Shown: piece after piece, positions 1-6,539 of the stretch
Layout: each line of letters begins with the position of its first letter
Position numbering within the stretch: position 1 is the stretch's first letter
Assembly (NCBI GenBank): GCA_047611865.1
Contig: JBLFWS010000106.1
Coordinates: forward strand, 1-11,554
Reading direction: 5' to 3'
From: Chlamydiales bacterium
GTDB taxonomy: Bacteria; Chlamydiota; Chlamydiia; Chlamydiales; JBDQID01
Length of the DNA: 11,554 bases
Made by a program: the position numbers and the translations under genes
Notes under the pieces: model-generated
Told to the model about the DNA's origin: nothing
Databases searched by the model: none
Seen by the model: the letters and a program-made list of their open reading frames with translations, nothing else

Positions 1-617
1 AACTCCATGTTATTTGCTGGACCACCGGGCACGGGAATAAGGGAAAGAGAATCCGTATGGCCTATGAAGTAGATATCGTAATTACTAAGTCCAGCAATTT
101 GCTCTCCAAGCGACTCATACAGAGGAGTTGATCTCTGAACATCTATGGAATTGGGATTTATTTTATAAGACCCTTTTTCAAAAACTCCATAAGAAGGGAG
201 AACGAGAATAACTTCATCTTCCATGACATTGATTTCTACATCGCCTTCTCTACCAAAATTGGTAATCTTTTTTACTTTTTCGTTTTCTTCTTGTTGTACG
301 GGTTCAGTGAGGTCGATTCGTTTGTACTCTGCAAGAGGGCGTAAAGTGGAAGGTTTTACACTGGAGCGGGCTATGACTCGAGGGCTTTGAGAAACAGAGG
401 GTTTAGGAAGACTCTTTTGCATGGGAGCACTGGCAAACGACTGACTAATACCCAAGGCTCCTTTCATTACACCGATCTGTGCCTGAAATTTGATTTCTGT
501 AATTGTGGACATGGAGAATAGCAAAATAAAAAACACCATTAGCAGTGTCATTAAGTCGGCAAATGTCAGAATGAAAAATGGAGCGGTAAGCTCTTCTGGA
601 GGCTCCGGTACACCCAT
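1..617 (-). CDS. motB: Flagellar stator B subunit (MotB/PomB/MotS family); 5' part only, runs off the left edge
   Basis: Translated by hand. ATG at 617 has an in-frame TAA at 623-621 and an AGGA just upstream. The frame is open for 205 codons to the edge: MGVPEPPEELTAPFFILTFADLMTLLMVFFILLFSMSTITEIKFQAQIGVMKGALG...YDIYFIGHTDSLSLIPVPGGPANNME. It has the single TM helix with the essential Asp (D21, TFAD), a plug-like helix, and the OmpA-like GHTD motif. It lies directly downstream of motA. Confidence 0.95.
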   Translation of the reverse strand, partial: MGVPEPPEELTAPFFILTFADLMTLLMVFFILLFSMSTITEIKFQAQIGVMKGALGISQSFASAPMQKSLPKPSVSQSPRVIARSSVKPSTLRPLAEYKRIDLTEPVQQEENEKVKKITNFGREGDVEINVMEDEVILVLPSYGVFEKGSYKINPNSIDVQRSTPLYESLGEQIAGLSNYDIYFIGHTDSLSLIPVPGGPANNME

Positions 618-649
618 ATTTTACAAGTCCTGGTTTCTTATGCGTCCAA

Positions 650-1456
650 TTATTCGCCACCTGATTCGGCTTCTATTTCTTCTTTAATATCTGCTGTGAC
701 ATAAGTCAGAAGTTTTTTCTGAACAATTCTTGGGTTATCACCGTTCTGAATTGCAAGAATTGCTGCAATAATCATTTGTTTGTATACAACTTCTTCTTTT
801 GTACGTTCCTGCAGTTTACCAACGAGAGGAATACAAAGCATGTTGGCCAGCATACTACCATATAATGTCGTGATCAAGGCAACGGCCATGGCCGGACCGA
901 TGGTGTCAGGGTTGTCTAGGTTGGCAAGCATGGCCACAAGTCCTACAAGAGTTCCAATCATTCCGAAAGCCGGACCCAATTCAGCCCATTTAAGGACCAT
1001 TCCCTGGCCATTCTGGTGTCTGGCCTGTAGGGCATCGAGTTCCAGGTTCATGATCTCCGCAATTTGTTCTGGTGCAGTACCATCAACAGCTAGTTGAATC
1101 CCACCTTTAATGAAAGGGTCTTCAATGTCTTCTGTTCGAGCGTCAAGAGCAAGAACTCCATTTCTACGGGCTTCTGTAGCATAGTCTACTAATTCGAGGA
1201 CCAGTTCTTTAAGAGCTGTGATCTTGGGATTGTAATTAAATGACATCCCAAACACACCTCCAATTTTGGTGACTTTCTCCAAGGGGTAAACCATCACAAC
1301 ACCGAGCATAGACCCCCCGATTGTAATGGCCGCCGAAGAAGGCTGGTAGATAAACAAGGCTATCACAAGGCCGAAGTCGCCACCTGTTGCCAGAAGCATC
1401 CCCATAAATACAAGTCCCCATGCTCCTGCAAATCCTATGATTGTTCCTGTGTCCAT
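650..1456 (-). CDS. motA: Flagellar stator A subunit (MotA/PomA/MotP family), 268 aa
   Basis: Motifs ARRNGVLALD (rotor-contacting charged loop), AVDG, GPAFGMIGTLVGLVAML, GPAMAVALITTLYG and IQNGDNPR. GGAG RBS-like site upstream. Confidence 0.97.
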   Translation of the reverse strand: MDTGTIIGFAGAWGLVFMGMLLATGGDFGLVIALFIYQPSSAAITIGGSMLGVVMVYPLEKVTKIGGVFGMSFNYNPKITALKELVLELVDYATEARRNGVLALDARTEDIEDPFIKGGIQLAVDGTAPEQIAEIMNLELDALQARHQNGQGMVLKWAELGPAFGMIGTLVGLVAMLANLDNPDTIGPAMAVALITTLYGSMLANMLCIPLVGKLQERTKEEVVYKQMIIAAILAIQNGDNPRIVQKKLLTYVTADIKEEIEAESGGE

Positions 1457-1501
1457 CTCTCCACCTGGCTAAAGGGTTAGCAAACCGCTTTGTTTTTTAT
1501 A

Positions 1502-1708
1502 TTAGTAGGCTGTGGCTATTCGTACAGCGTTATGGATCTCTTTTTTATAATTCATAAACAACTCCTGTATTTCTTCTGCGCTTTCCTTTACCAGTAGGCG
1601 ATCCTCGGTTATGAATACGAGGACCGTATCGGCGCCATTTTCTATGGATTTTATCTTGTCCGCATTGATGAAAATTTCTTCACCGGTAAACTTTGTCAGC
1701 TTTATCAT
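1502..1708 (-). CDS. flbD: Flagellar FlbD/SwrD family protein, 68 aa
   Basis: MIKLTKFTGEEIFINADKIKSIE..ADTV......RLLVKESAEEI matches the family pattern MIxLTxLNG..F.LNADLIE.IE..PDT.I......VKES.EE. It sits in the canonical position between flgE and motA. Confidence 0.9.
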   Translation of the reverse strand: MIKLTKFTGEEIFINADKIKSIENGADTVLVFITEDRLLVKESAEEIQELFMNYKKEIHNAVRIATAY

Positions 1709-1803
1709 CTTAATTACCGTAATACCTAATCTAAGGGTTTAGTTTAAAGTGATTTTTATATATTTCTCGTCCCTTTTTAACCGATTTGAGAGTTTGCCAC
1801 TAC

Positions 1804-1835
1804 AAAAAAAATGGGAAGGCATACCAAGCCTTCCC
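1804..1835 (-). terminator. Intrinsic terminator after flgE
   Basis: Minus strand reads GGGAAGGC-TTGGTAT-GCCTTCCC-A-TTTTTTTT: a perfect 8-bp GC-rich stem (1813-1820/1828-1835), 7-nt loop and U8 tract, about 35 nt past the flgE stop. Confidence 0.85.
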
Positions 1836-1869
1836 TGAGAGAGAGGAGATTATTAGTTATTTTAAATGA

Positions 1870-4671
1870 TTAACGCTTGAGGCTCAGGGCTTCCTGGATC
1901 ATATCATCTATAGTTGATATGGTCTTACCTGAAGCACTGTAGCTTCTTTGAGTGACAATCATTTCAGTAAGTTCTTCGGTAATGTCAACATTTGATGCTT
2001 CCAGGGAGCTACCATGAATCTTGGAGTCGATAGAATCAGTAGAGGTTCCCGTGGAAGCTCCCACAGAAAAAACACTATCTAATCCTTTAGTTATTCCACT
2101 GGCATTAGCGTTTGCGGTTTGTGTGTAATAGCTGGAGCCTAGTTTTTGAAGCCCTTCAGGGTTGTCAATATGCATAAGGCCTATTTTTGCCAGGACACGA
2201 GTTTGGCCATTTGTATAAACGCCGTTGATTTTACCGGTGTTTTGTTCAGAAGCTGTCCTGATTAAACTCCCTGAAGTGTATCCATCTACATTACTTCCAA
2301 CTAAAGTGTTATCACCTGTATAGGAGGTGAGGCTACTGAAATCGACAGCAATCGTGGATGTACTTGCTTCAAGAGAGCTCGTTTTAGGAACAAAAGTGAT
2401 AGAACCGGCGCTTTTGTATCTGGCATCACCAGATGACGAGGCATTGGTCAGCACACTTCCTGTGTTAATGTCGAAAGCTACAACGCCGCGGACCGTGGAG
2501 GTGTCAGTAATGCTGTTATATGTGTCCCGATAGATAGTTTTATCAGCAGGTGAGTTTGTTGAAAATGTGTTGACATTAGGCTGTAGAGACACTTGGTATT
2601 TCCATTCGATATTGGTAAGACCTGAAGATCTATCTCGAAGGAAGTAGGAAACAGTGGAGTGTTCATTTCCCTGGCTATCATATACTCTTGTTTGTGAGGT
2701 GACATCAGCCTGAACAAAGGAGTTGCTTTCTCCTTGTTTGCCACTGATACCCTGTGAAATTTCACCTAGAACAGTTCCGAAGTTAGCGCTGTCGCTTCTT
2801 GTAAGTCCTGCTCCAGTATCTGCTGTATTGTTAAGTGGACTGAGCTTTAAATCTCTGAAGTTGCCGTTAGTTGTGCTGAATTTTAAGCGACCATCTTCAA
2901 AAGTTACCCCCGTGGTTAAGTCGGCAGTCAAAGCTCCGTCTTCTGCCAGGCTGGAAAAGCTAGAACTTCGCAAGGTATTTTGTAGAAGGCTTGCAAGTTC
3001 ACCCATAGAGGAAAATTCGTTGTTACTGGCATTGGCATCTCTAGCGACCAGTTTGAATTCTGACAGGGAGGTGCTTCCTAAGCCGTTTGTTGCAGAAAGC
3101 TGAAGGATTCCGTAGCCTGTGCCATTGGCTCCACCGTCTAGACGAAGTCCCGCAAATTCACCGTATTCTGTTGCACTGTTTGTGGTAGAGTAACCATAAT
3201 TTTCCAGTCCTGTAGTATCAAACCAGTTTTTAGTAGCGCTTACAGAGCGGGCGCCCAATGCAAGGCTTGGGTTGGTAATGATATTTCCACTAGAGTCCGT
3301 GCGGGCTTGTGTAGTAGCTGTTGTTGCATTATCAGTCATGGCTATTCCTGTAAATCGATCCAGCATTTCTGTATTGGTGGAGTTCATGACGAGTCGGAAC
3401 TGATTTACAAGTCCTGCTCCATTGAAATTGATTTGTCCGAACTTATCCAAAGTAATGTTTAGATCTGTTGATGCAGCATAATTTGTAAGTTGTGTATCAC
3501 GTAAAGTTCGTTCGACCAAGTCTGTAAGCTGCTGTATATCAGTGAATTCACCACTTCCAATCGTAACTGAACCTCCACCGCCAGTAATGCTGGCTGTTGC
3601 TCTGTTGTAATCGCTAGGTGAAGAGGATACTCGGTTAAAACTGGCTAATATTCTTCCATTAGGGTCTACCATAGTAACTTCAGAACGTAAAACGTCATTA
3701 TGAGTGATGCTTGCTCCGCTAGTCCCTCTGGCGCTTGCTCCATCAGTGAGGTTGCTTATAGCAACAGAACTAGTTGTGATGAGGGTAGTTGGGGTAGCTG
3801 AGGAGAGAGTTATACGTCGGTTTGCGGTATCAATGGCTGTAATGTTACGTTGTACTTGGTTTGTACCCTGGACGATACTTACTGTATTTCCAACAGTAAA
3901 TCCTTCAATCAGATTTGCCGGTGTTGTGCCTAAGACTATAGTTGTCAATCCTGCTTCAAGGGTGGCAGAGGAATCCGTATAATTGACACTGTCTTGATAG
4001 TATCCCGATCCAAAGGTTGATTTGGCACCTGCTGTTCCCACTATAGCGGTACTCATCCGTCCAAAGTTTTCACCACCGGAAAAAAGCTCCCATGCGTTAG
4101 CAATGGTACTGGCGGGGGTCTCAGTGGCGGAAGAATCGATATTGGCTTTTAAGTTTACTTGGGTAGTGGCTTTTGCAGCGAGAGTTCCTGAGTCAATCTG
4201 TATAGCAGCAGCAGAGGGGGAGATCACTTGAGTTTCACGGTTTACGTTAAAACCTTGAATTTTGTTCCCAAGAGAGTCAACAATATTTAGATTGCCATCG
4301 AGGCGAAAGGCTCCATTTCGGGTAAGCATGAGAGCAGCTGTAGCTCCGTTTTTTGCTACGAAAAAATCATCTCCTTCAATCATAAAATCAAATGCACGAC
4401 CGGTTTCAGTTTTAGTACCCTGCTGGAAGATCTTATCAACACTAGCAACTGCGACACCCATTCCCACTTCCTTGGGATTTGTTCCACCGTAGTCAGCCCC
4501 ATCACCTTTGGAGCCTTCTGCCATGACTTGGTAGAAGACGTCAGAAAATGTAGCTCTGTCCTTCTTAAACCCTGTGGTGTTGACGTTGGCAAGGTTATTA
4601 CCAATGATTTCCATTTTTTGAGCCTGAGCCTTGAGGCCGGAAACGCCTGTGAATAAACCCCTGAATCCCAT
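1870..4671 (-). CDS. flgE: Flagellar hook protein FlgE, unusually long (933 aa)
   Basis: N-terminal SGL...IGNNLANVNTTGFK rod/hook motif, TRNGAF, AKATT..NID, VYDSQGNEH, and C-terminal LEASNVDITEELTEMIVTQRSYSAS. AAGGAG RBS upstream. Follows flgD. Confidence 0.96.
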   Translation of the reverse strand: MGFRGLFTGVSGLKAQAQKMEIIGNNLANVNTTGFKKDRATFSDVFYQVMAEGSKGDGADYGGTNPKEVGMGVAVASVDKIFQQGTKTETGRAFDFMIEGDDFFVAKNGATAALMLTRNGAFRLDGNLNIVDSLGNKIQGFNVNRETQVISPSAAAIQIDSGTLAAKATTQVNLKANIDSSATETPASTIANAWELFSGGENFGRMSTAIVGTAGAKSTFGSGYYQDSVNYTDSSATLEAGLTTIVLGTTPANLIEGFTVGNTVSIVQGTNQVQRNITAIDTANRRITLSSATPTTLITTSSVAISNLTDGASARGTSGASITHNDVLRSEVTMVDPNGRILASFNRVSSSPSDYNRATASITGGGGSVTIGSGEFTDIQQLTDLVERTLRDTQLTNYAASTDLNITLDKFGQINFNGAGLVNQFRLVMNSTNTEMLDRFTGIAMTDNATTATTQARTDSSGNIITNPSLALGARSVSATKNWFDTTGLENYGYSTTNSATEYGEFAGLRLDGGANGTGYGILQLSATNGLGSTSLSEFKLVARDANASNNEFSSMGELASLLQNTLRSSSFSSLAEDGALTADLTTGVTFEDGRLKFSTTNGNFRDLKLSPLNNTADTGAGLTRSDSANFGTVLGEISQGISGKQGESNSFVQADVTSQTRVYDSQGNEHSTVSYFLRDRSSGLTNIEWKYQVSLQPNVNTFSTNSPADKTIYRDTYNSITDTSTVRGVVAFDINTGSVLTNASSSGDARYKSAGSITFVPKTSSLEASTSTIAVDFSSLTSYTGDNTLVGSNVDGYTSGSLIRTASEQNTGKINGVYTNGQTRVLAKIGLMHIDNPEGLQKLGSSYYTQTANANASGITKGLDSVFSVGASTGTSTDSIDSKIHGSSLEASNVDITEELTEMIVTQRSYSASGKTISTIDDMIQEALSLKR

Positions 4672-4689
4672 TATTCGCTCCTTCGGTTG

Positions 4690-5118
4690 TTATTGTTGTG
4701 GCTCTTCTACTTTTAAAATTTGGCTAACACTAACTAAACGGCCGTTTGCGAGGCTCAGGACAGGGCCATCGGCTGAGTAACTTACGGACTTGACGGTGCT
4801 TGTTATGAATGCTCCGGAGTCGGGAGACGCAATAGGATCGTTTATTGAAACATCCTTTCCAAGGAGACGCGTAGCCCCCATAAAGGAATCGGTGTTTTGT
4901 CCGTCTGTAAGGGTTTGGTTCAAATTGGACATTTGTTCTAGGGAGCTGAACTGTGCCATTTGTGCCAGCATTTGCTGATTGTCCATGGGGTCGAGGGGAT
5001 CTTGTTGCTGCATCTGAGTCAGCATCAGTTTGAGGAAATCGTCCTTTCCAAGTACATTTTTAGCTTCTCTGGAATCAACAGGAAGTTGATTGGCACTAAT
5101 AATACTATCTATACTCAT
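4690..5118 (-). CDS. flgD: Flagellar hook capping protein FlgD, short form (~142 aa)
   Basis: LGKDDFLKLMLTQMQQQDPLDPMDNQQMLAQMAQFSSLEQMSNLN is the FlgD N-terminal signature. I moved the start from 5124 to 5118 because the GAGGAG RBS (5125-5130) directly abuts the 5124 ATG but is 6 nt from the 5118 ATG. Confidence 0.95.
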   Translation of the reverse strand: MSIDSIISANQLPVDSREAKNVLGKDDFLKLMLTQMQQQDPLDPMDNQQMLAQMAQFSSLEQMSNLNQTLTDGQNTDSFMGATRLLGKDVSINDPIASPDSGAFITSTVKSVSYSADGPVLSLANGRLVSVSQILKVEEPQQ

Positions 5119-5132
5119 TTTCATCTCCTCGG

Positions 5133-6296
5133 TTAAGCGATAATATTCAGGAGTTCATCGCTATCAATTATTTGAGCTTGCTCTTCATCAGGGTCTTCTT
5201 CTGTGGGGCTTATTTGATTATTTTCGTCATAGCTGTAAAATGAACGAATCCATTCCTTCATCGTTTGCTGGTCTTCAACAGAGGTGAAGGATTTACCGTT
5301 ACCGGCATTTGTGTCGTTGTGGTCGGAAACAGATACATCTATTTCTTGAATGTCCATCCCTTTGTTAGAAAAGGAAGCTCTAAGCGTGTCTAAGTTATCT
5401 TGTAAAAGTTCTTTAACGGTGTTGTTTTCTACGACAAAATGTGCTGAGGCACTGGAAGCCTCAATAAGTAGATTGATTTTTACATTTCCTAATACATGTG
5501 GCTTTAAACTAATGTTGATTTCACCAATGCCTTTTTTCACTAACATCCGCATTTGATAACGCACTTGTTCTAGGGCGTTGCTTTTCATCTTTTGAATTTT
5601 TTCTAGATATTCAGAATCGCGACTTAAGCTTGCTGGCTTATTTTCGGAGACGTTTTTACTGGTGGAATTTTCCCCAGTAGATGTACTTGACCCTTGCCCA
5701 TTGCGAGGAAGTTCTATGGATTTTCCGGATTTTCCATCCGTACCTGTAAGAACACTCAAGAGTTTTTGAGAAACTTTTTCGAAATTAGGGTTTCTTACAG
5801 ATGTCAACTTAGAAATATTTTGAAGGGTTGCCAAAACTTTAGCTTTTTCTCCAGGATCAATGGATGAGCGATCCATAACGGATAGGAGCTTGTCGGCACT
5901 TTTGTCAGAAGACTCTACTGAGGCATTGTTTACACTAGCGGAATTGTCTTGACTGCTTGTAGTGCCTGTTCCCTGAGAAGAGTTTCTAGCTCGAAGACCT
6001 TTTTCAGCATGAAGGTTTCGACTTCTTTTCTCTGAATTAAGGTGCTTATTAACTCTTTCTTTAGGATTTCCGTAGCGAACCTGACTGTCATCTGATTCCC
6101 ATGCAGGTTTATGAGAGGAGTTTGTTTGGGAATCTTTTTTTACTTGAGCGGTAAGTTTTTCCACATCCTCACGTTGAGCTGTGGCTATTTCAAATCGCTC
6201 ATGAAAATTACTGTTGGCATTCTCTAGTAAACCGAAAGCATGATTATTTAGATCGAATTTTTTTAGCTTGCCCAGCATTTCCAGAGCATTTTCCAC
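5133..6296 (-). CDS. fliK: Flagellar hook-length control protein FliK, 387 aa
   Basis: Low-complexity S/N/K-rich N-terminal ruler region plus a C-terminal T3S4-like domain (EINISLKPHVLGNVKINL...AHFVVENNTVKELLQDNLDTLRASFSNKG) and an acidic tail. GTG start with a GGAGG RBS 6 nt upstream. Directly upstream of flgD. Confidence 0.88.
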   Translation of the reverse strand: MENALEMLGKLKKFDLNNHAFGLLENANSNFHERFEIATAQREDVEKLTAQVKKDSQTNSSHKPAWESDDSQVRYGNPKERVNKHLNSEKRSRNLHAEKGLRARNSSQGTGTTSSQDNSASVNNASVESSDKSADKLLSVMDRSSIDPGEKAKVLATLQNISKLTSVRNPNFEKVSQKLLSVLTGTDGKSGKSIELPRNGQGSSTSTGENSTSKNVSENKPASLSRDSEYLEKIQKMKSNALEQVRYQMRMLVKKGIGEINISLKPHVLGNVKINLLIEASSASAHFVVENNTVKELLQDNLDTLRASFSNKGMDIQEIDVSVSDHNDTNAGNGKSFTSVEDQQTMKEWIRSFYSYDENNQISPTEEDPDEEQAQIIDSDELLNIIA

Positions 6297-6337
6297 TTGC
6301 CACCTCCGTGTGCAAATATCCTTTGTAATGGAAAATA

Positions 6338-6354
6338 AGCAATTGGCGTGCCAG
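6338..6354 (-). promoter_or_regulatory. Sigma54 (RpoN) -24/-12 promoter for fliK-flgD-flgE
   Basis: Minus strand reads CTGGCACG-CCAA-TTGCT, an exact match to the consensus YTGGCACGNNNNTTGCW. It is correctly oriented, 42 nt upstream of the fliK start. Predicted TSS near 6327. Confidence 0.9.
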
Positions 6355-6400
6355 AAAGAAGATGTCAGAATGAAAGTTTATTTTTTACTGAGAGCATTGG

Positions 6401-6459
6401 TTCGTGTATTAAAATCACGAAATAGCCTCAAAATCAACGATTCCCTAATTTTAATACAC
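6401..6459. promoter_or_regulatory. Overlapping inverted repeats; candidate upstream activator (enhancer) site
   Basis: Perfect 12-bp inverted repeat GTGTATTAAAAT (6404-6415) / ATTTTAATACAC (6448-6459), plus the palindrome TTCGTG-N9-CACGAA (6401-6421). They lie about 75-130 bp upstream of the predicted sigma54 TSS. Function is inferred. Confidence 0.45.
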
Positions 6460-6463
6460 AGCC

Positions 6464-6492
6464 TAGACATTTTCGATTAAACAAGGTAAGCT
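6464..6492 (+). promoter_or_regulatory. Putative housekeeping sigma70-type promoter for ileS
   Basis: TAGACA (6464-6469), 17-nt spacer, TAAGCT (6487-6492), ending 47 nt upstream of the ileS ATG. A second -10-like TATACT at 6504-6509 lacks a -35. Confidence 0.45.
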
Positions 6493-6539
6493 TTACTACT
6501 TAGTATACTTAACAATGTGTAAAAAAGAGAATTTTCGAG

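Noticed and set aside
445..660. 71-aa minus-strand ORF after motA (and the 65-aa plus-strand ORF 490-687), which could suggest motB is missing or frameshifted
   Set aside because: The real motB is intact in another minus-strand frame starting at 617. These ORFs are shadows of it.
1502..1708. flbD as the sigma54 activator of this operon
   Set aside because: Name coincidence only. The Caulobacter FlbD activator is a large AAA+ protein, whereas this is the unrelated 68-aa FlbD/SwrD family with no GAFTGA or Walker motifs.
1709..1803. Sigma54 or sigma28 promoter for flbD-motAB
   Set aside because: TGGCA at 1799-1795 lacks a correctly spaced TTGC. The best sigma28-like candidate (TAAA-N16-TACGGTAA) is too degenerate for AT-rich DNA.
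4135..4185. Spirochaete-type lysinoalanine self-crosslinking site in FlgE (AKATT...NLD region)
   Set aside because: The positions equivalent to Treponema denticola K165 and C178 are Thr163 and Ala176 here (SGTLAAKATTQVNLKANID), so the catalytic pair is absent.
780..4978. Series of plus-strand ORFs antisense to motA, flgE and flgD (e.g. 780-1097, 2723-3103, 3704-3982)
   Set aside because: They are antisense shadows of well-supported genes, with no independent motifs.
6268..6480. 70-aa plus-strand ORF in the fliK-ileS intergenic region
   Set aside because: TTG start inside fliK on the opposite strand, no RBS, no recognisable motif, and it runs across the promoter elements.
6360..6539. T-box riboswitch upstream of ileS, or an IHF site in the intergenic region
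   Set aside because: No T-box AGGGTGGNACCGCG motif or terminator is present and the leader is too short. AATCAACGATTCC fails the TTR end of the IHF consensus.
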